The position numbers were made by a program, and so were the translations under genes. Shown here in pieces: positions 21,601-30,603 of a stretch of DNA of 64,000 bases. The stretch is taken from contig CBDCXR010000004.1 in the NCBI GenBank assembly GCA_965223845.1, forward strand, positions 3,264,001 through 3,328,000. Direction: 5' to 3'. The stretch's first letter is position 1; each line of letters begins with the position of its first letter. Below the pieces are notes generated by a model. That model had not been told where the DNA came from. It made no database searches and saw only the letters and a program-made list of their open reading frames with translations. Source of the DNA: Planctomycetota bacterium. GTDB taxonomy: Bacteria > Planctomycetota > UBA8108 > SXIK01.

Positions 21601-21607
21601 CGGACAC
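18605..21607 (-). CDS. DUF1549/DUF1553 (PSD1) protein with inserted LamG/ConA-like domain
   Basis: YGERWGRHWLDVARYADT; CARCHDHKFDPI; HPLTWRVMANRIWQWHFGRGIV; VAPQALWLLN. True start may be ATG at 21565. Confidence 0.9.
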   Translation of the reverse strand: MSVSSFARSPRVLAMRLGSIGFALVCSLSGAFAGEGDASREELSESERFWSFQPLARPTVPGRERVVPLEGTPSIAPGDVSSLAAWYRAETLDGAHDSPVRAWKDESGHGRDLVPTWKRFGDRVGTPPRLMKREPRAHATVRFRSGNGLGAPATRAPPIAGDAAYTLMIVGRLEPLPADTPTGIVLGIGDPAAPANPGRPLAGMIEIRRDDSRLLHSGGWGHNGDADYASARRLFDRVCVVTIVKEPGPMASATRMFVNGADLGPILGSKAVPEIRARADWGIFLGRAFPQVGSFAGELMEVLVFDTAIDGRTREGVEAGLVRKYGVTEASSDVHAIDAFVHERLEAAGLRRAGPADRRTLIRRASFDLLGLPPTPERVEAFARDDAPDAWEKLIDELLASKHYGERWGRHWLDVARYADTGGYETDIYFRNAWRYRDWVVRSFNDDKPYDLFVEQQIAADELWPNDLALEGSYEIDPEKTRHFEARIGTGLYALGTQIHESNMDARKLALERLTDWVDTTGSAFLGLTLGCARCHDHKFDPISQRDYYALQAVFASAREIDVPIVHGMGIADFKQSYPRILAVDEARRAYRVFEAKTAGRERTAEEESEQRRLLEAIANAVLSLPANDAQGVRYDGIMEIPTATVLGPIREPLIPAVRVLARGDLGDPRTPAEPALPSALAAPMRTKRALPDRPYGRRAELAKWMTRADHPLTWRVMANRIWQWHFGRGIVATASDFGAMGTRPSHLKLLDWLAAEFVDRGASVKAMHRLIMTSATYRRSSRFWSEAHERSDPENRLLWRTNRRRLEGEALWDAIHAVAGTLSREIGGRPVMPPLAAEEMTNKSNWVASADPAQHTRRGLYIIVRRNFRFPLFEVFDAPVNAVSCAGREVSTVAPQALWLLNNGAALGQAVELAARVVRETGAEPQVWIDRVFRLALARPPDSRELEEATRFLDRLSSGDGAPLGPRPKGLDSLPPRTAAALAKFCLTVLNLSEFLYID

Positions 21608-21927
21608 GATTCTATCCGAAAACGCGACCGATCCGGCAGATCACGCGACGCGTCCCCCACCCGAACGGATCATGCGTTCAGGTCGTTTGCCGCCCGCGGC
21701 GCGACGGCGCAAGAGAGACGACCGACCCGTTCGATCTAGACTCGGCCCTAACGTCGGCGAGGCCCGCGGGCCGAGAGCTTCCTTCGGTTCGTTTCCGTCT
21801 GCGAACCAGACCGTTTCTGTCGCAAGAAACTTGTTCACCGGCTAGAATGCTCCGGTGCGCACCGGGAACGCCGAGTTGTTCACTCCGCGACCCGAACCCA
21901 ACACTTCACGCGAAACGAGGCCTCTCC

Positions 21928-23268
21928 ATGCCCCCCACCCGCCGCGCGTTCCTGAAGACGATCGCTCCCGCCGCCGTCCCGTTCATCGTCCCCGGAATCG
22001 CCAGCGGATTCCCCGTGAACAGTAAGGTGCGACACGCCGCGGTCGGTTGCGCCGGAATGGGCGGTCACGATCTCGGCAAGATCGCGAGCAGTCCACACTG
22101 CGAGATCGTCGCGCTTTGCGATATCGACGACCACCACCTCGAGGGAGCGGCTCGCAAGCATCCGAAGGCACGTCGCTTCAACGACTACCGCGTCATGTTC
22201 GATCGCGCGCAGAAGGAGATCGACTCCTGCCACGTGACGATTCCCGATCACATGCACGCCCCCGTCGCGCTGACGGCGATCGCACTCAAGAAGCACGTTT
22301 ACTGTCAGAAGCCGCTCACGCACGAACTTCTCGAGGCGCGCGTCCTCCGGCTCGCCGCGGAGAAAGCCGGCGTCGTCACGCAGATGGGCACGCAGATCCA
22401 CTCGCATTCGGCGTACCGAACGGGCGTGCACCTGATACGAAGCGGTGCCATCGGAAAGGTCCGTGCCGTTCACACCTGGGCCGATCGCGCGTGGTCGAAC
22501 AACGGTCGTCCGACACCCGCGACTCCGCCGGGTCACGTCCACTGGGATCTCTGGCTCGGTGTCGCTCCCGAGCGTCCGTGGGGACCTAAGGCCTACCATC
22601 CGAAGTCTTGGTGGAGCTGGATCGATTTCGGCACCGGCAATCTCGGGGACATGGGCTGTCATCTCCTGGACCCGGTCGTGAGCGCGATCGAGATCGACGC
22701 TCCGACGCGCGTCCGCGCGGAGTGTCGCGCGCCGGAGCGAGAGACGTGGCCGAACGCGGGGCAAGTCCACTACGAGTTTCCGGGGACGCGCTTCACGACG
22801 GATCCCGTCACGCTCACCTGGTACGACGGGGGCTACGGGAAGGGCTACCATCCGCCGCACTACCTCACCGGTCTCAAGCCGGACGAGAAGCTCCCGGGCC
22901 AAGGCTCGATCTTCATCGGAGAGAAGGGGACGCTTCTTCTTCCGCACTGGAGCACGCCACGTCTCCTTCCGAGCGAGACGTACGCCAGCTTTCGCTTCGA
23001 ATCCCTCCCGAGTCTCGATCACTGGCACTCGTTTATCGACGCGTGTCGAGGCGAAGGAAAGACGACGGCGAACTTCACCTACGCCGGGCCGGTCACCGAG
23101 ACCGTCCTCCTCGGCAACCTGGCCAAGCGTTTCCCCTCGCAGACACTTCTTTGGGATGCGAAGTCGATGCGAGTGAAGAACTTCGCTCCGGCGAACGAGT
23201 TCACATCGCGAGAGTACCGGAAGGGCTGGGAGATGGCAGCGCTCGCTGACTTCAAGCCCGCCGACTGA
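21928..23268 (+). CDS. Gfo/Idh/MocA family oxidoreductase, Tat signal
   Basis: TRRAFL; VGCAGMG; PDHMHA; HVYCQKPL; GDMGCH. Confidence 0.92.
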   Translation: MPPTRRAFLKTIAPAAVPFIVPGIASGFPVNSKVRHAAVGCAGMGGHDLGKIASSPHCEIVALCDIDDHHLEGAARKHPKARRFNDYRVMFDRAQKEIDSCHVTIPDHMHAPVALTAIALKKHVYCQKPLTHELLEARVLRLAAEKAGVVTQMGTQIHSHSAYRTGVHLIRSGAIGKVRAVHTWADRAWSNNGRPTPATPPGHVHWDLWLGVAPERPWGPKAYHPKSWWSWIDFGTGNLGDMGCHLLDPVVSAIEIDAPTRVRAECRAPERETWPNAGQVHYEFPGTRFTTDPVTLTWYDGGYGKGYHPPHYLTGLKPDEKLPGQGSIFIGEKGTLLLPHWSTPRLLPSETYASFRFESLPSLDHWHSFIDACRGEGKTTANFTYAGPVTETVLLGNLAKRFPSQTLLWDAKSMRVKNFAPANEFTSREYRKGWEMAALADFKPAD

Positions 23269-23378
23269 CGCGGAAGCGAATTTCGACGCGCTCGAGGTAG
23301 GGTTTTCCTGTCGACCTCGAGGAGTCGAGCGCCGGAGCGACGCTTGTTCGCCCCGGCGCTCGTCACTACGATGCGGTC

Positions 23379-26300
23379 ATGGTGAGCTCGCCGCGCGCGG
23401 AGACGCAGGGAAACGTTCTCGCGAGACGCTACGTCATCCAGCGGAAGCTGGGGACCGGCAGTCTCGGGACGGTCTATCTCGCGCACGATGAGGAGACGGG
23501 CCGCCGCGTCGCCCTCAAAACCCTGCGCACCGATCGCGGTTACCGAAGGGCGATCGAAGATCTTCGCGCAGAGTTTCGAACGATCGCCGGGATCGAGCAC
23601 CCGCGCATCGCCCGGGCCTTCGACTTCGGCTATCTGCGCGAAGACGAGTCGGCTCCCGGGATCCCCTATTACACGCGCGAGTTCGTGGAAGGGACCCCGC
23701 TCCCGGGAGGACCGCCGGGCGAGGTCGCTCCCGCGGAGTATCTCCGCCCGATCCTCGATCTTCTCGAAGCCCTCGAGTATCTTCACGCGAGCGGTCTCAC
23801 CCACCGCGATCTCCACGCCGGCAATCTCATTGTCGGAGATGATCCCGCACGCGGGGCGACACTCATCGATCTCGGCTTCATGGAATCGCCAGCGAGCGGC
23901 GCGGGTCGAGCGAGCACCACGCAGACGCTCGGCGTCCCGCCCGCGATTCTGCGAGCCACCGAAGCCGGACGGGCGTCCGCGGCGATCGACATTTTCATGG
24001 CCGGCCGCCTCCTTCACTACCGGCTGACCGGACAGACGAGTGGTGAGATCCGTCTTCCGCCCGAGATTCCGGGCTGGGGTGCGCGACGCACTCTCGAGCT
24101 CGAGCGCATCGCCACGAAGGCGGCTCCCCCCGATCCGGAACGGCAGTTTCGCTCCGCGACCGAGTTTCGGCGCGCTCTCGCCGACGCGCTCGGCGAGGAA
24201 ACTCCCGAAGTGACGACCGAGCCGACCGGAGCACTCGTCGGCCGGGACCTGGAAATCGAACGCATCGATCGAATCCTGAATGAGTTCGCGCGCGGCCGCT
24301 CCGGCGTAGCGTGGATCTCGGGCCGCCCCGGCGGGGGGCGGTCGCGGCTTCTCCGGGAGATGCGCCTGCGAACGCAACTCGCGGGCTTCGCTACGATCGA
24401 CGTGACCTTCGTGCGGGGGAGCGGACCGCAGCCCGCACTCGAGCGAGCGCTTCGCGAAGCGAAGTCGAGCCCGGCACCCGCGAGAGAGTGGCTCGGCGCG
24501 CTCGACGTTCGCCACGGCGGAACGCGAGCGGAACGAGCCGAGCGCGCCGCACGCGCGTACTTCAGCGAATCCGGTGCTCCGCTCGTCCTTCTCCTCGACG
24601 ACTTCGACATCGCCGACAATGACAGCCGCGCGCTCGTTCTCGCGCTCGCAGAGACGATCGCTCTCGAACGGAAGAGCGAGGAAGCGCCCCGCCGGCCGAT
24701 CTGTCTCGGCGTGGTGACGAGCGATGACGGCACCGAGCTTCCGGCCGAGTTCCTCGTTCCACTCCGGCCGCTCACGAAACGTGCGCAAGCCGAATTGTTT
24801 TCCTCCCTCTTGAGTCCTCTCACGGCACCACCGAAATTCGTCGCGCGCGTGATCGATTGCACCCGAGGTTCACCGCTGCGCATCCGCCAAGTCAGCGCCG
24901 CGCTCCGAGCGACCTGGGGTCCACACGGCGCGATTCCAGCCGGCGCCGAGCTCCCGACCTTTCCCGGGGGGGACGAGGCGATCGATGTACCGACGGCGAT
25001 TCTCGAAAACGCGGAATCGAGAGCGATGCTGAGCGCGCTCGCGATCATCGATCGCCCCGCGCGCCGAGCCGAAGTGATGGCTGCCGCGCAGCTCGACGCG
25101 CGATCGTCCCGGCGAGCCGCGGCGCATCTCCGGAGCGCTGAGCTTCTCATCGCCTCTCGTCGAGGCGGCACACAATCGTTCCGGCTGAGCTCGCGCGCCA
25201 TCGTCGAGTTCGCTCTCCGCTCGCTCGATGACGGGACCGCGCGCACAATGCACGCGCGCCTCGCGAGTTTCCTCCAGCGCGAGGGACGCGCCGACGCCCG
25301 ATCCGCCGCAGACCGCGCGCGCCATCTGATCGGCGCAGGACGTCAGCGCGAGGGCGCTGAGCTCGCGCTGCGCGCGGCCGAGCAACTCCGTCACGGGGGT
25401 TACTTCGAAGCGGCACGGTCCGTTCTCGAGTGCGCGCTTGGCGGGGAACGGTCGAAAAAGCGTCGACTCACGCTCGTCGAATCTCTGAGCCGGATCCTCG
25501 AAGAACTCGGCGACCACGAAGACGGAATCGCGCTCGTCGAGCCCGTCTTTGCGGCGATCGAACGCGAGCGGGCGGCATCGGGGTCTCGATCGGAGGCGCG
25601 CGGTCAGCGGTCTCGCGACGCGGTGCGCATCCGGCGCCTTCTCGGGGTCCACTATCACCGCGCGGGGCGCACCTCGGACGCCCTCCGCGTCTTCGAGGAA
25701 GCCGCGGCGTACGCCCGCCCGTCGCGCGACGTCGAGGATCTCGTGTTCGTCGACTCGGAGCTAGCCGAGCTCTACACCTACCGCGGCGAGTACGGCTCCG
25801 CCGAGGAGGCGTGTACGCGAGGCCTCGAGCGTCTCGGCGGTCTGCAGACGACGCCGTTTCGGCAGCGCATGGAAGTCATCCTGCGCGCGACGCAGGGACA
25901 TCTCGAACTGCGGAGGCTGAATCTCGGACCGGCGCGAGACTCACTGAACGCCGCCTTGACGATTGCGGGCACACACGGCACGCCGGCGCTCGAAGCGGTC
26001 ATCCTCAACAATCTCGGGATCGTCGAGCGACAGTCGAATCGTTTCGGCGTCGCCGTCCGGTGCTTTCGCCGCGCGGAGCGTCTCCTCACGCGCGCCCGTG
26101 AGGGGCGGTCCGTCATCAAGATCGCGTGCAACCTCGCGCTGATCGCAGCACATCGGGGAGACCGCGACGAAGCGAGGAGTCAGCTCGCACGGGCGCTCGA
26201 ACTGCTCCGGCTTCATCCTGGCCAGCGCCTCGAGTTTTTCGTGGGGTACACCGAGGGAATCGTCGCGCAGCTCACGGGCGATTCGCGTGCGGCGATTCCC

Positions 26301-28196
26301 GCGCTCGAGGCCGCCCTAGCGCTCGGGCGCTCGCTCGGCGACGCGCATCTCGTGTCGTTCGGTGAGGTCGCACTCGCAGAGGCGCTCCTGTTCTCAGGTC
26401 GCTACACGGAGGCGAAAGCTCGTCTGGGACGCGCTCGTCGAATCAAGAGTGGACGAGGCGGAGCTCTCCTCGAGCGCATGATCGCTGCGCGGAGGTATCT
26501 CCTCGATTCGCTCCTCGGCGCCGACCGAGCGAGGGCGCGGAGTCGAGCGCTACTCCTGAGCGTCGAGCGCACCGACGCAGAGCTACCCGAGACGTGGAAC
26601 GATCTCTTCGTCGCGCTGGGAGAACGCACCGGCGGCGCTGGCGACGACGCTTCACTCGCCCCGCCGATTCACGCGATCGCGCAGCGGTTTCGCACGCTCA
26701 AGATTCCGGCCGGCGTCGCGCTCGCCTCTTCAGTCGCGCTGCTCGACGACGCGGCACGAACGAACGCGCGGACCGGACGACGAGCGAGCCGACGGTCGGA
26801 GAGTCCCGCGAGGACGAGTCACGACGTCGCCGCCGTCGCGGAACCGCTCGCCGCGGCAGCCGCTCAATTCCGCCGCGGATCCGATTCTGCTCGCGAGCTC
26901 CTCCAGTGCGCGGCCGACGCGATCGTCGGAAGACCGTTTCTGGAGCTCGACCTCTGGATCGAAGTACTTCGGGGACACCTAGCGTTTCGCGACGGCGATC
27001 TCGGCGGCGCGAGGAGACACCTTCACCGTGCCCGACACACGCATGAAGTGCTCACCCGGTTCGTCCCCGCTCGTTCGCGCGAGGCCTTCGAGAGGCTGCG
27101 ACGGTTCGACCTACTGCGGGACCTCGACGCCCGGGTCAGGCGCGTTCCGGCGGTCGTCCCGAGTACCCGACGCGCGGTCGGCGCAGGCGAGTACCACGGA
27201 ATGGTCGGGCGCTCCGAGCCGATGGCTGAAGTCTTCCGCTGGATCGAGCGCCTCCGCGACCAAGTCGTCCCGGTGCTCATCCGCGGCGAGACCGGAACCG
27301 GGAAGGAGCTCGCCGCGCGGGCGATCCACGCTTCGAGCCCCCACCGGGGTGGATCGTTCCTCGCGCTTCATTGCGGATCGATCCCGGATGAGTTGTTCGA
27401 AGCCGAGCTCTGCGGCTACGAGGCCGGGGCCTTCACCGGCGCGGAGACCGCTTCGCCGGGGCTGCTCGAAGAGCTCTGCGACGGGACAATCCTCCTCGAC
27501 GACGTCGACGCACTGAGTCCCGGCGCGCAAGCAAAGCTCCTTCGCATCATCGACGCGAAGTCCATCCGCCGACTGGGAGGCGTCGAGCTTCGACCGCTCG
27601 AGGTCCGCATCCTCGCATCGACGAGTGGAGATCTCGAAGCGGCGATCGACCGGGAAACGTTCCGGCGCGATCTCTACCATCGACTGCGAGTCGTCGAGCT
27701 CGAGCTACCCCCTCTGCGTCACCGGCGCGGCGACATCGCCGATTTGGCGCGCCATTTCCTCGCCCGACACTCGGCGCGAATGGATCGACCGAATCCGTCA
27801 CTCGACGAGGAATGCGCAGCGGTCCTCCGCGAGCACGCGTGGCCGGGAAACGTGCGCGAGCTCGAGACGATCATCGTTCGCGCGCTCGTCGTTCAGACGC
27901 CGGGACGGAGTCTTCGCCCCGAAGTCTTCTCCGCCCTCATCGGCGAGTCTCGCGCCGCCGTCCACGGGGAAAACGAGTCCTCTCGCGAGCGCTTCGTACG
28001 GTCGGCCATTCGCGCCGGACGGAGCCTCAAGGATTTGCGTCGCGACCTCGAGGCCTCGTACGTCACTGAGCTCTTTCGCGAGCTCGACGGAGATGTCGAA
28101 CGCATGATGGAGACGCTCGGCGTCAAGAAGACGCAACTCTACGATCTCTTCCGGAGAACGGGGGTCGACGTCAAATCGCTCCGGGAAGAATCGTAG
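23379..28196 (+). CDS. Multidomain sigma54 activator: kinase-like + P-loop NTPase + TPR + AAA+ bEBP + HTH
   Basis: GTGSLG, VALK, HRDLHAGN, DLG; GRPGGGRS and LLLDDFD; TPR-like NNLG; GETGTGKE, GAFTGA, FRRDLYHRL, WPGNVREL. Confidence 0.9.
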   Translation: MVSSPRAETQGNVLARRYVIQRKLGTGSLGTVYLAHDEETGRRVALKTLRTDRGYRRAIEDLRAEFRTIAGIEHPRIARAFDFGYLREDESAPGIPYYTREFVEGTPLPGGPPGEVAPAEYLRPILDLLEALEYLHASGLTHRDLHAGNLIVGDDPARGATLIDLGFMESPASGAGRASTTQTLGVPPAILRATEAGRASAAIDIFMAGRLLHYRLTGQTSGEIRLPPEIPGWGARRTLELERIATKAAPPDPERQFRSATEFRRALADALGEETPEVTTEPTGALVGRDLEIERIDRILNEFARGRSGVAWISGRPGGGRSRLLREMRLRTQLAGFATIDVTFVRGSGPQPALERALREAKSSPAPAREWLGALDVRHGGTRAERAERAARAYFSESGAPLVLLLDDFDIADNDSRALVLALAETIALERKSEEAPRRPICLGVVTSDDGTELPAEFLVPLRPLTKRAQAELFSSLLSPLTAPPKFVARVIDCTRGSPLRIRQVSAALRATWGPHGAIPAGAELPTFPGGDEAIDVPTAILENAESRAMLSALAIIDRPARRAEVMAAAQLDARSSRRAAAHLRSAELLIASRRGGTQSFRLSSRAIVEFALRSLDDGTARTMHARLASFLQREGRADARSAADRARHLIGAGRQREGAELALRAAEQLRHGGYFEAARSVLECALGGERSKKRRLTLVESLSRILEELGDHEDGIALVEPVFAAIERERAASGSRSEARGQRSRDAVRIRRLLGVHYHRAGRTSDALRVFEEAAAYARPSRDVEDLVFVDSELAELYTYRGEYGSAEEACTRGLERLGGLQTTPFRQRMEVILRATQGHLELRRLNLGPARDSLNAALTIAGTHGTPALEAVILNNLGIVERQSNRFGVAVRCFRRAERLLTRAREGRSVIKIACNLALIAAHRGDRDEARSQLARALELLRLHPGQRLEFFVGYTEGIVAQLTGDSRAAIPALEAALALGRSLGDAHLVSFGEVALAEALLFSGRYTEAKARLGRARRIKSGRGGALLERMIAARRYLLDSLLGADRARARSRALLLSVERTDAELPETWNDLFVALGERTGGAGDDASLAPPIHAIAQRFRTLKIPAGVALASSVALLDDAARTNARTGRRASRRSESPARTSHDVAAVAEPLAAAAAQFRRGSDSARELLQCAADAIVGRPFLELDLWIEVLRGHLAFRDGDLGGARRHLHRARHTHEVLTRFVPARSREAFERLRRFDLLRDLDARVRRVPAVVPSTRRAVGAGEYHGMVGRSEPMAEVFRWIERLRDQVVPVLIRGETGTGKELAARAIHASSPHRGGSFLALHCGSIPDELFEAELCGYEAGAFTGAETASPGLLEELCDGTILLDDVDALSPGAQAKLLRIIDAKSIRRLGGVELRPLEVRILASTSGDLEAAIDRETFRRDLYHRLRVVELELPPLRHRRGDIADLARHFLARHSARMDRPNPSLDEECAAVLREHAWPGNVRELETIIVRALVVQTPGRSLRPEVFSALIGESRAAVHGENESSRERFVRSAIRAGRSLKDLRRDLEASYVTELFRELDGDVERMMETLGVKKTQLYDLFRRTGVDVKSLREES

Positions 28197-28260
28197 CGAA
28201 CTCCCATCGCGAACGACTTCCGCGACTCGGCGACACCGGTGCCGCCGATCGATTCACCGA

Positions 28261-28297
28261 AATCGCCCGCCCGCCTCTTGGGGGCGGACGGGCGATT
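28261..28297. terminator. Hairpin between convergent genes, candidate bidirectional terminator
   Basis: AATCGCCCGCCCGCC ... GGCGGACGGGCGATT. Confidence 0.55.
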
Positions 28298-28303
28298 CTC
28301 GAC

Positions 28304-29542
28304 TCAGCGCGAAACCGCGCCGCACGGCGGGAGGAAATCGGGCCTCGGATCCCGCCCCTTCGCTGGGTACGGCGCGGGCAGCGTCGGGCCGTTCGTGAAG
28401 AGGAAATTGAGAGTGTAGAGCGCGTCCGAAACGTCGATTCCGCCGGAATCGTTCGCGTCCGCCGCGTCGGGGCAGGCGAGCTCGACCGTCTCACCTTCGG
28501 CGAAGAGGAACATCAGAGTGCGCAGTGGATCCGCGATGTTCACAGCGTCATCGCGGTTGGAATCGCCGCGCACGAAAAACGAGATGTCACCGTCGACGGC
28601 GACATTGAGAACTCCGGGATTCGTCGCGGGAAGAATCGTCGCGAGTCGACTTTCACCCTGGTACGTGAGCTCGTTCCGGAGCCCGAACGACCCGAAGCCG
28701 TCGCCGTCCGGTCCGTCCTTCGGCGTCACGGTGATCTTCGTCCCCGGTGTCGCGTCACCCGATACGAGCGCGCGGATGCTTCCCACGAGCACTTCGGCAT
28801 CGCTCGATTCGATCGCGAACTCGCTCGGAAACGCGATGTGACCGACGACTCCGACCGTAAAGAAGCCCTCGCTCGGGAACGAACTGAGGGCGTTGAACAT
28901 CGGCCCGGTGTCAGAATAGACGAAGGTCGACGTTCCGTGTCCGTCGCGATAGACGATGGTGAACGTTTTCCCGAAATACTGCTCGAACCAAGATCCAGCG
29001 AAGTCTAGCGATTCCATTCCACTCTCGATCTGAAGAACCGTCGGATCGTACTCCACCACGAGCTGCAGCCCCGACACGGGAACGGAAGCGCGGATGTAGA
29101 TCGGGATCTCCACGACCTCGCCCGGTGCCGCGTCGACATCGCCGAGTCGAATCGTGTCGTCGGTCGACATCGGAGGAATGACTTCATACCGCTCGCAGTC
29201 GAGAAGATCGTCGTTCGTCGGATCCCCACCGGGTGCCGGAAAGGGCTCCGGAGGAGTCACGAATGGGATGGGGGTCTGACCGAAGCTCGAATGAAAGAAC
29301 ATGATGAGAAGATTGACGGAGTCACTGATGTTCACTACTCCGTCGTCGTTGACATCGGCGGCGTCGAGGCACGTCGGAAGCCCCGCGCTTTCGAAGAGCG
29401 CCCGCTCGAGCTGGATCATGTCCGCGACGGAGAGGGTTCCGTCGGTGTTGACATCGCCGCGGAGAAAGTCGTCCGCGCGGACGGTGACGAGAGCGCCGGC
29501 GACGACGATGCCGGTGACGAGGAGATTCATCGCTCGGTTCAT
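28304..29542 (-). CDS. Secreted protein: dockerin-like, cohesin-like, dockerin-like domains
   Basis: Signal peptide; FLRGDVNTDG..CLDAADVNDDG; GEVVEIPIYI..GLQLVVEYDP; FVRGDSNRDD..CPDAADANDSG. Confidence 0.85.
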   Translation of the reverse strand: MNRAMNLLVTGIVVAGALVTVRADDFLRGDVNTDGTLSVADMIQLERALFESAGLPTCLDAADVNDDGVVNISDSVNLLIMFFHSSFGQTPIPFVTPPEPFPAPGGDPTNDDLLDCERYEVIPPMSTDDTIRLGDVDAAPGEVVEIPIYIRASVPVSGLQLVVEYDPTVLQIESGMESLDFAGSWFEQYFGKTFTIVYRDGHGTSTFVYSDTGPMFNALSSFPSEGFFTVGVVGHIAFPSEFAIESSDAEVLVGSIRALVSGDATPGTKITVTPKDGPDGDGFGSFGLRNELTYQGESRLATILPATNPGVLNVAVDGDISFFVRGDSNRDDAVNIADPLRTLMFLFAEGETVELACPDAADANDSGGIDVSDALYTLNFLFTNGPTLPAPYPAKGRDPRPDFLPPCGAVSR

Positions 29543-29601
29543 GGGTTCCTCCCTGGAGAATTTCGTTCGCGAATCCGAAACCACGATCGGCAGCACGAAG
29601 G

Positions 29602-29618
29602 AAGCAAACGCGAGACCG
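29602..29618 (-). promoter_or_regulatory. Candidate sigma54 -24/-12 promoter of the dockerin gene
   Basis: Minus strand CGGTCTCGCGTTTGCTT = GG-N10-GC with TTGC, about 60 nt upstream of the ATG. Confidence 0.45.
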
Positions 29619-29747
29619 CGAAGGGACGATCTCCCCTGGGCCGAATCATAAGCACCTGCCGGGAGGGCACTTCGGGTCTTGACGGAACATGCGCGACGCG
29701 CGAGCTAGAGGCTCTCGTGTAAATCGCGATTGACGCGACAGGGGATC

Positions 29748-29768
29748 GAGTTCGGATTCCCCGAACTC
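29748..29768. promoter_or_regulatory. Perfect palindrome, candidate enhancer (UAS) or terminator
   Basis: GAGTTCGG-attcc-CCGAACTC, about 130 nt upstream of the putative -24 and overlapping the panB-like stop codon. Confidence 0.4.
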
Positions 29769-30597
29769 AATCGTCGAGCGCGCGGTCGGTCCGCTCGATC
29801 GACTCCACCGCCTCGCGAAGGCGCCTCTCGTCCATCTCGACGAGGTGGGAGCGCTCGGGAAAACGACCCTCTTCAACGTCGGCGACGTACTCGGAAAACG
29901 CGGCGATCCGCTCGCGCTGAAGGCGACGGTGCTCTTCGAGAAAGTTCCGGTACGCCTTCGCGTGCCGCGGGAGACGCTCGTCGTAGTCGCCGAGGATGTC
30001 GTCGGAGAAGAGGAACTGAGTGTCACAGCCCGTTCCCGAGCCGAGCGACATCAAGATCATCGAGGTTTTCGACGAAAGGTAGCGCGCGAGATTGTGCGGC
30101 ACGACTTCGAGCTCCGCGGCGTAGGCTCCAGCGCTCTCGAGGCTCTTCATTTGACGATAGAGGCGTGTAGCCTCCTCGACGGTCTTCCCGATCGCACGGT
30201 AGCCCGTCCACGTCACGTGACGCGGAACCATACCGAGGTGCCCGACGACCGGAATCCCCTCGCGCGCCATCCCCTCGATGATGTACGGACTCGCTGAGCA
30301 GTAGACGGAGCTCGCGCCGATCTCGAGCGCGCGGAATGCGACGCGGATCGCTTCCTCGCGGCTCGCGAGCCCGTGGGGCGTCGCGCCGGAGATGAAGCTG
30401 TTCGGCGCCGCAGCGACGAGCGACGGCAGTCTCGCCTGCGCAGCGGGCGAATCGAAGCTGCAGCTCATGAGGTCGACGCCCGCCGCCTCCGCCGCGGCGG
30501 CCTCGTCCGCCGACTTCACGTGAATGTGTGTTAGGCAGCGCTTCCCCTTGAGCTGACGAAGATCGTAGACGGTGTACTTCTTTCTCGGACGGAGCAT
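29767..30597 (-). CDS. PanB-like ketopantoate hydroxymethyltransferase family protein (divergent)
   Basis: GIPVVGHLGMVP; LESAGAYAAELEVVP; DDILG; RHAKAY; YVADVEEGRFP. Lacks the canonical VGDS motif. Confidence 0.8.
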   Translation of the reverse strand: MLRPRKKYTVYDLRQLKGKRCLTHIHVKSADEAAAAEAAGVDLMSCSFDSPAAQARLPSLVAAAPNSFISGATPHGLASREEAIRVAFRALEIGASSVYCSASPYIIEGMAREGIPVVGHLGMVPRHVTWTGYRAIGKTVEEATRLYRQMKSLESAGAYAAELEVVPHNLARYLSSKTSMILMSLGSGTGCDTQFLFSDDILGDYDERLPRHAKAYRNFLEEHRRLQRERIAAFSEYVADVEEGRFPERSHLVEMDERRLREAVESIERTDRALDD

Positions 30598-30603
30598 CGC
30601 AGC

